The notes below the pieces were generated by a model. It saw only the letters and a list, made by a program, of their open reading frames with translations. It searched no databases and was not told the DNA's origin. Shown here one piece after another: positions 32,771-47,337 of a stretch of 64,000 nt of DNA. The translations under genes and the position numbers were made by a program. The number at the start of each line of letters is the position of its first letter. The first letter of the stretch is position 1. Source of the DNA: Escherichia coli (GTDB lineage Bacteria; Pseudomonadota; Gammaproteobacteria; Enterobacterales; Enterobacteriaceae). The stretch lies in NCBI RefSeq assembly GCF_051903065.1, contig NZ_CP178438.1; one strand, given 5' to 3'.

Positions 32771-35076
32771 ATGTTTAAGCCCAGGATTTGCAGCTGGATA
32801 GGTTTACTTCCCCTGTTTATGCTGAGTCTTCCAGTACAGGCGGAACTTCGATGCGTTGCAAATGCAGTTGATATTGAACTTTTTTTTCTGCGGCTACCGC
32901 TGAAGATAAACAACAAGTTGAACAAGCTATCAACAGTAGCGTGAATCTTGTCCCCTTCGGTTTATCTGCATCGGACTGGAAAGTGCATCGTGGCGATTTA
33001 GTGATAGAAGGTAATATAGAGAGTAATCAAAAATTGATTGTTCTTGGCAATTTGACAGTCAAAGGTAATATTTCCACTTTCTCTCTTTCTAATCCATGGG
33101 TTATTCTCGGTAACGTGACGGCAACGAATATAGTTACGGATTCACCACTGTTAATTACCGGTTCGATAAATGCAAGTGGACTGGTATTTATCGACTCATA
33201 TTACGATAATCCGTCTACGATTAAGGGGAGTATTAATGCGCGTGGGATATTTATCAATGACATAATTGCACCTGTTGTTGCGTCTTCGACAAATAGTGAA
33301 TTCATGGTCCGTGCGAGTGACAAAAATGACACTGAAAATGTCAAAAAAGCGCTGATGATAATAAATCCTGATGCATATTATTGGGGTCTAATAAATGATG
33401 AAGATGCTCTGAAAGAAATTTTTAAGCGAAGCAATATTCGCATGGCAGGGAATGTCTGTAATCAGATGAAAAAAGAAGCGCTGTTTCGCCCTAAGCCTTC
33501 TCCTGAGTTAGTGCAGGAATTGCAAATGCTGGATGAAGGCAACGTTGCTGCATTTGAAGGACGAGATATTGCGACATTTGATCTTGCCATAATGCGAACT
33601 CTCCCAAGGCTTAAAGGAATTTCAGCTAACCTACGCAAACAACTTATTAATAGCAATGATGGACAAACGATTGCAAGTATGGCGAGATATATGCCTGACA
33701 ATGAGATTCTGGAGTTGACCGATCAGCAATTGGGTTACCAGCCTGTTGTTCTGGGGTTGCTCGACCGTGAACCGCTCTCTGTCGAAATAATGACGCGAAT
33801 GAGTCATCTACCTGATGGTGTCGGTCCGTTGAATCTTGCGCTACGTGAAAATCTTCCTCTGGATATCGTCATGACTCTGGCGAAAAGAGATTGGGATATG
33901 ATCATTCAGGAGCTTTATAAAGATGCGTGGTTATTGCCCGAATCCATTATTGATGGCTATATCCGCAGTGATGATTCCTCTATTCGTCAGGTCGGTGCTG
34001 GAGGACAACTCACCTACAATCAGGCAATGCAGTTGGCGAACGATTCATCAAACGATGTTGTCACAAGCTTAGCGTTAAAGCTGGCAGAGATGAAACACCA
34101 TGGTCAATTGTTGCGGATGACGCCACAAGAGAGTGACAAAATAGCAGTATATTTATACCAAAAATTCGAGAATGACGATGATCTAATAGGTGCGTTATTT
34201 TTAGCGTTGCCAGATAACTTACAGTTTAATTTTGTTAAAAGGATGGAGAAAAAATCCCCTGCCTATTTTTGCTGTCGGGATATGCAGATAATTCACTCTG
34301 ACGCTGCTTTACAACGGTTATTGACACGTTTCAACGATCCTGAGGGGTGGAGTAATCTGGCGAAAAATCAGTATCTGAGCACGTCGATGAAACAAAAAAT
34401 TTGGCAACGTGCTTTATCGCATCGGAAAAATAATCCCAAAGCAGATTCAGATGCATATGAAACCAGCGCTGATATGATTTTGTCTGAGCTTATCAGCTAC
34501 GGTGAAGTTGATGACCAGATGCTATTAAATGCCACCTCTCTGATACGTTCGGACGACTGGGACTTTTTAGAGAGAGCATTAATTAGTTGGGATAATTTAC
34601 CCGCTGTTGTTCTCAAGGAATTACAGCAAAACACGCTACGCAATGATATTTGGGCGAAGTTTTTTCTGAGGCAGGAAAACAGTTCCCGTGCGCAGGTTAA
34701 CGAAGCGTTACGTGTTTATTATGCACTAGACCCCGATGCGTTAGCACAACTGGATGTACTGGCAAAACAACCGGATCGTATATGGTGGAGTACACTGGCG
34801 AAAAGCAATCTCACATTTTTCAAGTTCGGCGCACTTAACAACCGCCACACACCGCCTGCGGTACTGGCGGCAGAAATTGATCCCGAGTGGTGGATTGTGG
34901 CGATGAATAATCTCCGTTTTCCAGTTGATGTATTAAAGGCGAGGCTGAAACGTGATCCTTTGCTGGCGTTAGAGCTTGTTAACCCTGAACTGGATTTAGT
35001 TCGCCAGCTGGCGCTTAACGGTAAGACGCGCGCAATACGGGAACAAGCGATGAGAAAACTTGATGAGTTGTATTGA
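32771..35076 (+). pseudogene. ydbD: secreted protein of unknown function, N-terminus out of frame with the body (shift inside a T8 run at 32880-32887)
   Basis: ATG at 32771 encodes signal peptide MFKPRICSWIGLLPLFMLSLPVQA...VDIELFF and stops at TGA 32942-32944; the 711-aa body (ORF 32941-35076) continues backwards in the adjacent frame as SAATAEDKQQVEQAINSSVNLVPF to the T run; 57 + 711 codons would be one 768-aa protein. Confidence 0.8.
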
Positions 35077-35245
35077 ATAACAGCGTAATAATTTTTAACC
35101 ACTTGATTTATTGGGATAATCATTCCTGACAGTGAGTCCCCAATACCTTGATATATTCTGAATTTTTAATGAAGCGTCGTGTTGCGATATCTCCGTCAGG
35201 GGAATTGATGCACCATAGCGCAAACCGAATTATCAAGGATTGATA

Positions 35246-35851
35246 ATGACGCTCTACCAGATAAAACCGCTCTTTCAGTCGCTGTTAAGGCCGACGATGT
35301 TTTGGCTTTATAAGCACCATGTTACAGCGAATCACATCACTCTTGCTGCACTGGCGCTTTCTCTTATTACCGGATTACTGTTGATGTTGGTCGCACAACC
35401 CATCCTCTTTTTGCTATTGCCCATCGTGCTTTTTATCCGTATGGCGCTCAATGCGCTGGATGGCATGTTGGCGCGTGAGTGCAATCAGCAAACACGTCTT
35501 GGGGCGATTTTGAATGAAACTGGCGATGTTATTTCCGATATTGCGCTCTATTTACCGTTTTTATTTTTACCAGAAAGTAACGCATCACTCGTAATACTAA
35601 TGTTATTTTGCACCATATTGACTGAGTTTTGCGGTTTACTCGCGAAGACGATTAACGGTATTCGCAGTTATGCCGGTCCATTCGGCAAAAGCGATCGTGC
35701 GTTAATATTTGGGTTGTGGGGGCTGGCCGTTGCCATTTATCCACAGTGGATGCAATGGAATAATCTTTTATGGGGCATTGCTTCAATTCTGCTTATCTGG
35801 ACTGCGATTAATCGTTGTCGGAGTGTGCTCCTGATGAGTGCTGAAAGATAA
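35246..35851 (+). CDS. ynbA: CDP-alcohol phosphatidyltransferase family membrane protein
   Basis: About 201 aa; motif region NALDGMLARECNQQTRLGAILNETGDVISD; AAGGA Shine-Dalgarno; stop overlaps the ynbB start. Confidence 0.85.
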   Translation: MTLYQIKPLFQSLLRPTMFWLYKHHVTANHITLAALALSLITGLLLMLVAQPILFLLLPIVLFIRMALNALDGMLARECNQQTRLGAILNETGDVISDIALYLPFLFLPESNASLVILMLFCTILTEFCGLLAKTINGIRSYAGPFGKSDRALIFGLWGLAVAIYPQWMQWNNLLWGIASILLIWTAINRCRSVLLMSAER

Positions 35852-36747
35852 TGCTGGAAAAATCTCTGGCAACACTTTTCGCGTTGTTAATTTTAGCAAC
35901 GCTGATAAACCGTTTTCGGGTATGGCGGTTACCGGAGAGAAAAGAGGATGAAGTTACATTACGTATTCGTACCTGGTGGGGTATCGTCATTTGTTTTTCA
36001 CTGGTGATTTCAGGTCCACGCTGGATGACGTTGACGTTTTTTGCGCTGATAAGTTTTCTGGCATTGAAAGAATATTGTACGCTTATATCCGTACATTTTC
36101 CGCGTTGGTTATATTGGGTTATTCCTCTTAACTATTTGCTTATCGGTTTTAATTGCTTTGAGCTGTTTCTGTTATTTATACCTTTGGCTGGGGTTCTGAT
36201 ATTAACCACCTGGCGAGTTTTAGTAGGTGATACCTCCGGTTTTCTGCATACCGTGAGCGCCATTTTTTGGGGCTGGATAATGACCGTTTTCGCCTTGAGT
36301 CATGCCGCCTGGTTATTAATGTTGCCAACCACAAATACCCAGGGCGGGGCGTTACTGGTGTTATTTATTTTGGCGTTAACAGAGTCAAACGATATTGCAC
36401 AGTATTTATGGGGGAAATCCTGCGGCAGAAGAAAAGTGGTCCCCAAAGTCAGCCCGGGAAAAACGCTGGAAGGTCTGGTGGGGGGCGTAATCACCACCAT
36501 GATTGCGTCACTGATTATTGGGCCGTTGCTGACACCGCTAAATACATTACAGGCATTATTAGCGGGTTTGTTAATTGGTATTAGTGGTTTTTGCGGCGAT
36601 GTAGTGATGTCAGCCATCAAACGAGATATTGGTGTTAAAGATAGCGGAAAACTATTACCAGGACATGGCGGACTCCTTGACAGGATTGACTCATTAATTT
36701 TCACCGCTCCGGTATTTTTTTATTTTATTCGCTACTGCTGTTACTGA
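35851..36747 (+). CDS. ynbB: CdsA-like phosphatidate cytidylyltransferase family membrane protein
   Basis: 298-aa polytopic ORF with C-terminal KRDIGVKDSGKLLPGHGGLLDRIDS typical of the CdsA family. Confidence 0.85.
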   Translation: MLEKSLATLFALLILATLINRFRVWRLPERKEDEVTLRIRTWWGIVICFSLVISGPRWMTLTFFALISFLALKEYCTLISVHFPRWLYWVIPLNYLLIGFNCFELFLLFIPLAGVLILTTWRVLVGDTSGFLHTVSAIFWGWIMTVFALSHAAWLLMLPTTNTQGGALLVLFILALTESNDIAQYLWGKSCGRRKVVPKVSPGKTLEGLVGGVITTMIASLIIGPLLTPLNTLQALLAGLLIGISGFCGDVVMSAIKRDIGVKDSGKLLPGHGGLLDRIDSLIFTAPVFFYFIRYCCY

Positions 36748-36762
36748 AGGAAAATAGAGAAA

Positions 36763-39826
<3,064 letters not shown>

Positions 39827-39835
39827 GTGGATTGA

Positions 39836-39865
39836 GATGTGGACTGAATATCTACAGTCCACATC
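39836..39865. terminator. hairpin between convergent ynbD and azoR, possible bidirectional terminator
   Basis: 11-bp stem GATGTGGACTG / CAGTCCACATC with 8-nt loop; no strong U tract. Confidence 0.4.
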
Positions 39866-39879
39866 AAGACCGTGTCCGG

Positions 39880-40494
<615 letters not shown>

Positions 40495-40685
40495 TTATAG
40501 ATGTTTGAATGGGCGATGCCCCGTTGCTTGTTGACACTTTATTCACAATCCTGCCACAGAGATAGCGCAATAAATCGAAGCCTATGTTCGAATTTATTGA
40601 ACAACGCATAGAAAGCCGCGATGTGGTACTCTATATCTATCATTTAAAAGAAAATTAATCAGGCAGACTACTGCCCACTAACGTT

Positions 40686-43600
40686 ATGACAGAACAACAA
40701 AAATTGACCTTTACTGCCTTGCAGCAGCGGCTGGATTCGCTGATGCTGCGTGACAGGCTGCGTTTTTCTCGCCGTCTGCACGGCGTGAAGAAGGTTAAAA
40801 ATCCTGATGCACAACAGGCCATTTTCCAGGAGATGGCGAAAGAGATTGACCAGGCGGCAGGGAAAGTCCTGCTGCGTGAAGCGGCACGACCGGAAATTAC
40901 TTATCCTGACAATTTACCGGTTAGTCAGAAAAAACAGGACATTCTCGAAGCGATTCGTGATCACCAGGTGGTGATCGTCGCCGGGGAAACGGGTTCTGGT
41001 AAAACGACTCAGTTACCGAAAATCTGTATGGAGCTGGGGCGCGGGATTAAAGGGCTGATCGGCCATACCCAGCCGCGTCGCCTGGCGGCAAGAACGGTAG
41101 CGAACCGTATTGCGGAAGAGCTGAAAACGGAGCCGGGCGGTTGCATCGGTTACAAAGTGCGTTTCAGCGATCACGTAAGTGATAACACGATGGTCAAGCT
41201 GATGACCGACGGTATCCTGCTGGCGGAGATCCAGCAAGACCGCCTGCTGATGCAGTACGACACTATCATTATTGACGAAGCGCACGAACGCAGCCTGAAT
41301 ATCGATTTTTTGCTCGGCTATTTGAAAGAGTTGCTGCCGCGGCGTCCTGACCTAAAAATCATTATCACTTCCGCGACTATCGACCCGGAACGCTTTTCGC
41401 GCCACTTTAATAATGCGCCGATTATTGAAGTCTCCGGTCGGACCTATCCGGTGGAAGTGCGCTATCGCCCGATTGTTGAAGAAGCCGATGACACCGAGCG
41501 CGATCAATTGCAGGCGATTTTTGACGCCGTAGACGAACTGAGCCAGGAAAGCCCCGGCGACATTCTGATCTTTATGAGCGGCGAGCGGGAAATTCGCGAT
41601 ACCGCCGATGCGCTGAACAAGCTAAATCTGCGTCATACCGAAATCTTGCCGCTTTATGCGCGGCTTTCGAACAGCGAACAGAACCGCGTGTTCCAGTCGC
41701 ACAGTGGACGGCGTATTGTGCTGGCGACCAACGTCGCGGAAACCTCGCTGACCGTACCGGGGATTAAATACGTTATCGACCCCGGTACAGCACGTATCAG
41801 CCGCTACAGCTATCGCACCAAAGTGCAGCGTTTGCCGATTGAGCCGATTTCCCAGGCGTCTGCCAATCAGCGTAAAGGCCGCTGTGGTCGTGTGTCCGAA
41901 GGGATCTGTATTCGTCTCTATTCCGAAGACGATTTCCTCTCGCGCCCGGAGTTTACCGATCCGGAGATTCTGCGTACCAACCTGGCCTCGGTTATTTTGC
42001 AGATGACCGCGCTGGGGCTGGGCGATATCGCTGCGTTCCCGTTTGTCGAAGCACCGGATAAACGCAATATCCAGGATGGCGTGCGTCTGCTCGAAGAGCT
42101 GGGCGCGATCACCACTGATGAACAGGCCAGCGCCTATAAACTGACGCCGCTCGGTCGCCAGCTCTCGCAGTTGCCTGTCGACCCACGTCTGGCGCGTATG
42201 GTGCTGGAAGCGCAAAAACATGGCTGCGTGCGTGAGGCGATGATTATCACGTCCGCGCTCTCCATTCAGGATCCGCGCGAACGTCCGATGGACAAACAGC
42301 AGGCATCGGACGAAAAACATCGTCGCTTCCACGACAAAGAATCCGACTTCCTCGCGTTTGTAAATCTGTGGAATTATCTTGGCGAGCAGCAAAAGGCGCT
42401 TTCTTCTAACGCCTTCCGTCGCCTGTGTCGTACCGATTATCTCAACTATCTGCGCGTGCGCGAATGGCAGGATATCTACACCCAGTTGCGCCAGGTGGTG
42501 AAAGAGCTTGGCATTCCGGTTAACAGCGAACCGGCGGAGTATCGCGAAATTCACATTGCGTTGCTGACGGGTTTGCTTTCCCATATCGGCATGAAAGATG
42601 CCGATAAACAAGAATATACCGGCGCACGTAACGCGCGTTTCTCCATCTTCCCCGGTTCTGGTTTATTCAAAAAACCGCCGAAATGGGTAATGGTGGCGGA
42701 ACTGGTAGAAACCAGCCGCCTGTGGGGACGTATTGCGGCACGCATCGATCCAGAATGGGTGGAACCCGTCGCTCAGCATTTGATTAAACGTACCTACAGC
42801 GAACCGCACTGGGAACGGGCGCAGGGCGCGGTGATGGCAACGGAAAAAGTCACCGTTTATGGTTTGCCGATTGTTGCCGCGCGCAAGGTCAACTACAGCC
42901 AGATCGATCCGGCGTTATGTCGTGAACTCTTTATTCGCCACGCGCTGGTGGAAGGTGACTGGCAGACGCGTCACGCATTCTTCCGTGAAAACCTGAAACT
43001 GCGGGCCGAAGTGGAAGAGCTTGAACACAAATCACGTCGCCGCGATATTCTGGTTGATGACGAAACGCTGTTTGAGTTCTACGACCAGCGCATCAGCCAC
43101 GATGTAATCTCCGCTCGTCACTTCGACAGCTGGTGGAAAAAAGTCAGCCGCGAAACGCCTGATTTGCTCAACTTTGAAAAGAGCATGTTGATCAAAGAAG
43201 GGGCGGAAAAGATCAGCAAGCTGGATTACCCGAACTTCTGGCATCAGGGCAATCTCAAGCTGCGTTTGAGCTATCAGTTTGAGCCCGGCGCGGATGCTGA
43301 CGGTGTGACCGTACATATTCCGCTGCCGTTACTTAACCAGGTTGAGGAAAGCGGGTTTGAATGGCAGATCCCCGGTCTGCGCCGCGAACTGGTGATTGCT
43401 CTGATTAAATCGTTGCCGAAACCGGTACGCCGTAATTTTGTACCCGCGCCAAACTACGCCGAAGCGTTTTTAGGCCGCGTCACACCGCTGGAGTTACCGT
43501 TGCTTGACAGCCTTGAGCGCGAGTTACGGCGGATGACCGGCGTTACCGTTGACCGCGAAGACTGGCACTGGGATCAGGTGCCCGATCACCTGAAAATCAC

Positions 43601-44588
43601 CTTCCGCGTGGTGGATGACAAAAACAAGAAGCTAAAAGAAGGGCGCTCGCTACAAGATCTGAAAGATGCGCTGAAAGGCAAAGTGCAGGAAACGCTGTCT
43701 GCGGTGGCGGATGACGGTATCGAGCAGAGCGGCTTACATATCTGGAGTTTTGGGCAACTGCCGGAAAGCTACGAGCAGAAGCGCGGCAACTACAAAGTGA
43801 AGGCGTGGCCGGCGCTGGTGGATGAGCGCGACAGTGTGGCGATCAAACTGTTTGATAACCCGCTGGAGCAAAAACAGGCAATGTGGAACGGTCTTCGCCG
43901 TCTACTGCTGCTGAATATTCCATCGCCGATCAAGTATTTACATGAGAAGTTACCAAACAAAGCCAAGCTTGGACTGTACTTTAACCCGTATGGCAAAGTG
44001 CTGGAGCTGATCGACGACTGTATCTCCTGCGGTGTGGATAAATTGATCGACGCCAATGGTGGCCCGGTCTGGACGGAAGAAGGCTTTGCTGCGCTGCATG
44101 AAAAAGTGCGTGCCGAACTGAACGACACGGTGGTGGATATTGCGAAGCAGGTCGAGCAAATCCTTACGGCAGTGTTCAATATCAACAAGCGTCTGAAAGG
44201 GCGGGTGGATATGACCATGGCGCTGGGGCTTTCTGACATTAAAGCGCAGATGGGCGGGTTGGTATATCGCGGTTTTGTCACTGGTAACGGCTTCAAACGG
44301 CTGGGCGACACGCTGCGTTATTTGCAGGCGATTGAAAAACGGCTGGAAAAACTGGCGGTTGATCCACATCGCGATCGTGCACAGATGCTGAAAGTCGAAA
44401 ACGTCCAGCAGGCGTGGCAGCAATGGATCAACAAACTGCCGCCTGCACGTCGTGAGGATGAAGACGTGAAAGAGATCCGTTGGATGATAGAAGAGCTGCG
44501 CGTTAGTTACTTCGCTCAACAACTTGGTACGCCTTATCCGATTTCAGATAAGCGTATTTTGCAGGCGATGGAGCAGATTAGCGGTTAA
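40686..44588 (+). CDS. hrpA: DEAH-box ATP-dependent RNA helicase
   Basis: 1300-aa ORF with Walker A GETGSGKTTQ, DEAH (IIIDEAHERS), SAT and HA2/OB region. Confidence 0.96.
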   Translation: MTEQQKLTFTALQQRLDSLMLRDRLRFSRRLHGVKKVKNPDAQQAIFQEMAKEIDQAAGKVLLREAARPEITYPDNLPVSQKKQDILEAIRDHQVVIVAGETGSGKTTQLPKICMELGRGIKGLIGHTQPRRLAARTVANRIAEELKTEPGGCIGYKVRFSDHVSDNTMVKLMTDGILLAEIQQDRLLMQYDTIIIDEAHERSLNIDFLLGYLKELLPRRPDLKIIITSATIDPERFSRHFNNAPIIEVSGRTYPVEVRYRPIVEEADDTERDQLQAIFDAVDELSQESPGDILIFMSGEREIRDTADALNKLNLRHTEILPLYARLSNSEQNRVFQSHSGRRIVLATNVAETSLTVPGIKYVIDPGTARISRYSYRTKVQRLPIEPISQASANQRKGRCGRVSEGICIRLYSEDDFLSRPEFTDPEILRTNLASVILQMTALGLGDIAAFPFVEAPDKRNIQDGVRLLEELGAITTDEQASAYKLTPLGRQLSQLPVDPRLARMVLEAQKHGCVREAMIITSALSIQDPRERPMDKQQASDEKHRRFHDKESDFLAFVNLWNYLGEQQKALSSNAFRRLCRTDYLNYLRVREWQDIYTQLRQVVKELGIPVNSEPAEYREIHIALLTGLLSHIGMKDADKQEYTGARNARFSIFPGSGLFKKPPKWVMVAELVETSRLWGRIAARIDPEWVEPVAQHLIKRTYSEPHWERAQGAVMATEKVTVYGLPIVAARKVNYSQIDPALCRELFIRHALVEGDWQTRHAFFRENLKLRAEVEELEHKSRRRDILVDDETLFEFYDQRISHDVISARHFDSWWKKVSRETPDLLNFEKSMLIKEGAEKISKLDYPNFWHQGNLKLRLSYQFEPGADADGVTVHIPLPLLNQVEESGFEWQIPGLRRELVIALIKSLPKPVRRNFVPAPNYAEAFLGRVTPLELPLLDSLERELRRMTGVTVDREDWHWDQVPDHLKITFRVVDDKNKKLKEGRSLQDLKDALKGKVQETLSAVADDGIEQSGLHIWSFGQLPESYEQKRGNYKVKAWPALVDERDSVAIKLFDNPLEQKQAMWNGLRRLLLLNIPSPIKYLHEKLPNKAKLGLYFNPYGKVLELIDDCISCGVDKLIDANGGPVWTEEGFAALHEKVRAELNDTVVDIAKQVEQILTAVFNINKRLKGRVDMTMALGLSDIKAQMGGLVYRGFVTGNGFKRLGDTLRYLQAIEKRLEKLAVDPHRDRAQMLKVENVQQAWQQWINKLPPARREDEDVKEIRWMIEELRVSYFAQQLGTPYPISDKRILQAMEQISG

Positions 44589-44614
44589 CCCTGCTATTTG
44601 CCTGATAAATCTAA

Positions 44615-44646
44615 AACCCGGTAAGCATTTAGCGCCGGGTTTTTTA
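44615..44646 (+). terminator. intrinsic terminator after hrpA
   Basis: Hairpin AACCCGG-taagcatttagcg-CCGGGTT followed by a T6 tract. Confidence 0.65.
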
Positions 44647-44859
44647 TTAATTCTAAAACGGTAAGGGCAAAAATTCAGGAATTCAGAAAAATACAATTCT
44701 CTGCTGCAAGATGAATAATGTTTATCTACAGCATTTCCTTAAAAGATATGTCAGGCTTGCGGAGTGGCGGTTAAGGAAATACGACATCCTCCTTTCAGAG
44801 TGCTCCGCTTCTCACTATTATCTCACGCAGTATTCTTAAGGGAACGATAAGGAGGAACC

Positions 44860-45660
44860 ATGAACAATACCCCGTTTCCGACGCTTTCGACGGCAACCAT
44901 AGATGCCATAAATGTTATCGGACAGTGGCTGGCGCAGGATGATTTCTCCGGTGAGGTGCCGTATCAGGCCGATTGCGTGATCCTTGCAGGCAATGCGGTT
45001 ATGCCGACTATCGATGCGGCATGTAAGATTGCCCGCGATCAGCAAATTCCTTTACTGATTAGTGGTGGTATCGGTCACTCGACAACTTTTTTGTATAGCG
45101 CCATCGCACAGCATCCGCACTACAACACTATCCGCACCACTGGCAGAGCAGAAGCGACCATCCTGGCGGATATCGCTCATCAGTTCTGGCATATTCCGCA
45201 TGAAAAAATCTGGATTGAAGACCAGTCAACAAACTGCGGTGAAAACGCACGCTTTAGCATCGCGCTATTGAATCAGGCCGTAGAACGAGTTCACACAGCT
45301 ATCGTTGTACAGGACCCCACCATGCAGCGGCGCACGATGGCGACGTTCCGCCGTATGACCGGGGACAATCCCGATGCACCACGCTGGTTAAGTTATCCCG
45401 GATTCGTTCCTCAGTTAGGAAATAACGCAGACAGTGTAATCTTTATTAATCAGTTACAAGGATTATGGCCGGTTGAGCGTTATCTCTCACTACTCACTGG
45501 CGAGCTGCCGCGTTTACACGATGATAGCGATGGCTACGGTCCCCGCGGGCGAGATTTTATCGTTCACGTTGATTTTCCGGCAGAAGTCATTCAGGCATGG
45601 CAAACGCTTAAACACGATGCGGTGCTCATCGAGGCGATGGAAAGTCGCTCGTTACGTTAA
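44860..45660 (+). CDS. ydcF: DUF218 (SanA-like) family protein
   Basis: 266-aa ORF; position and sequence match. Confidence 0.85.
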   Translation: MNNTPFPTLSTATIDAINVIGQWLAQDDFSGEVPYQADCVILAGNAVMPTIDAACKIARDQQIPLLISGGIGHSTTFLYSAIAQHPHYNTIRTTGRAEATILADIAHQFWHIPHEKIWIEDQSTNCGENARFSIALLNQAVERVHTAIVVQDPTMQRRTMATFRRMTGDNPDAPRWLSYPGFVPQLGNNADSVIFINQLQGLWPVERYLSLLTGELPRLHDDSDGYGPRGRDFIVHVDFPAEVIQAWQTLKHDAVLIEAMESRSLR

Positions 45661-45665
45661 AAATT

Positions 45666-45698
45666 GCCCGTTTGTGAACCACTTGTTTGCAAACGGGC
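45666..45698 (+). terminator. probable terminator after ydcF
   Basis: Hairpin GCCCGTTTG ... CAAACGGGC. Confidence 0.5.
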
Positions 45699-45856
45699 AT
45701 GATTCCTGACTTTTATTTCTGCCTTTTATTCCTTTTACACTTGTTTTTATGAAGCCCTTCACAGAATTGTCCTTTCACGATGCCGTCTCTCTGATGATTG
45801 ATGTTAATTAACAATGCATTTACCAAAAACAAACATATAAATCACAGGAGTCGCCC

Positions 45857-47296
45857 ATGTCAGTACCCGTTCAACATCCTATGTATATTGATGGACAGTT
45901 TGTTACCTGGCGTGGAGACGCATGGATTGATGTGGTAAACCCTGCTACAGAGGCTGTCATTTCCCGCATTCCCGATGGTCAGGCCGAGGATGCCCGTAAG
46001 GCAATCGATGTAGCAGAACGTGCACAACCAGAATGGGAAGCGTTGCCTGCCATTGAACGCGCCAGTTGGTTGCGCAAAATCTCCGCCGGGATCCGCGAAC
46101 GCGCCAGTGAAATCAGTGCGCTGATTGTTGAAGAAGGGGGCAAGATCCAGCAGCTGGCTGAAGTCGAAGTGGCTTTTACTGCGGACTATATCGATTACAT
46201 GGCGGAGTGGGCACGGCGTTACGAGGGCGAGATTATTCAAAGCGATCGTCCAGGAGAAAATATTCTTCTGTTTAAACGTGCACTTGGCGTGACTACCGGC
46301 ATTCTGCCGTGGAACTTCCCGTTCTTCCTCATTGCCCGCAAAATGGCTCCCGCTCTTTTGACCGGTAATACCATCGTCATTAAACCCAGTGAATTTACGC
46401 CAAACAATGCGATTGCATTCGCCAAAATCGTCGATGAAATAGGCCTTCCGCGCGGCGTGTTTAACCTTGTTCTGGGGCGTGGTGAAACCGTTGGGCAAGA
46501 ACTGGCGGGTAACCCAAAGGTCGCAATGGTCAGTATGACAGGCAGCGTCTCTGCAGGTGAGAAGATCATGGCGACTGCGGCGAAAAACATCACTAAAGTG
46601 TGTCTGGAATTGGGTGGTAAAGCACCAGCTATCGTAATGGACGATGCCGATCTTGAACTGGCAGTCAAAGCCATCGTTGATTCACGCGTCATTAATAGTG
46701 GGCAAGTGTGTAACTGTGCAGAACGTGTTTATGTACAGAAAGGCATTTATGATCAGTTCGTCAATCGGCTGGGTGAAGCGATGCAGGCGGTTCAATTTGG
46801 TAACCCCGCTGAACGCAACGACATTGCGATGGGGCCGTTGATTAACGCCGCGGCGCTGGAAAGGGTCGAGCAAAAAGTGGCGCGCGCAGTAGAAGAAGGG
46901 GCGAGAGTGGCGTTGGGTGGCAAAGCGGTAGAGGGGAAAGGATATTATTATCCGCCGACATTGCTGCTGGATGTTCGCCAGGAAATGTCGATTATGCATG
47001 AGGAAACCTTTGGCCCGGTGCTGCCAGTTGTCGCATTTGACACGCTGGAAGATGCTATCTCAATGGCTAATGACAGTGATTACGGCCTGACCTCATCAAT
47101 CTATACCCAAAATCTGAACGTCGCGATGAAAGCCATTAAAGGGCTGAAGTTTGGTGAAACTTACATCAACCGTGAAAACTTCGAAGCTATGCAAGGCTTC
47201 CACGCCGGATGGCGTAAATCCGGTATTGGCGGCGCAGATGGTAAACATGGCCTGCATGAATATCTGCAGACCCAGGTGGTTTATTTACAGTCTTGA
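45857..47296 (+). CDS. aldA: lactaldehyde / glycolaldehyde dehydrogenase (NAD-dependent)
   Basis: 479-aa ORF with aldehyde dehydrogenase Glu and Cys active-site regions (LELGGKAP, GQVCNCAERV). Confidence 0.96.
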   Translation: MSVPVQHPMYIDGQFVTWRGDAWIDVVNPATEAVISRIPDGQAEDARKAIDVAERAQPEWEALPAIERASWLRKISAGIRERASEISALIVEEGGKIQQLAEVEVAFTADYIDYMAEWARRYEGEIIQSDRPGENILLFKRALGVTTGILPWNFPFFLIARKMAPALLTGNTIVIKPSEFTPNNAIAFAKIVDEIGLPRGVFNLVLGRGETVGQELAGNPKVAMVSMTGSVSAGEKIMATAAKNITKVCLELGGKAPAIVMDDADLELAVKAIVDSRVINSGQVCNCAERVYVQKGIYDQFVNRLGEAMQAVQFGNPAERNDIAMGPLINAAALERVEQKVARAVEEGARVALGGKAVEGKGYYYPPTLLLDVRQEMSIMHEETFGPVLPVVAFDTLEDAISMANDSDYGLTSSIYTQNLNVAMKAIKGLKFGETYINRENFEAMQGFHAGWRKSGIGGADGKHGLHEYLQTQVVYLQS

Positions 47297-47305
47297 TGAG
47301 TGAAA

Positions 47306-47330
47306 GAGGCGGAGGTTTTTTCCTCCGCCT
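47306..47330. terminator. bidirectional terminator between convergent aldA and gapC
   Basis: Hairpin GAGGCGGAGG-tttttt-CCTCCGCC. Confidence 0.6.
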
Positions 47331-47337
47331 GTGCGCG

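Noticed and set aside
41622-42611. 329-aa minus-strand ORF
   Set aside because: Lies entirely inside hrpA on the opposite strand; long antisense ORFs are expected in a GC-rich 3.9-kb gene.
45860-46692. 212-aa and 151-aa minus-strand ORFs
   Set aside because: Antisense to aldA.
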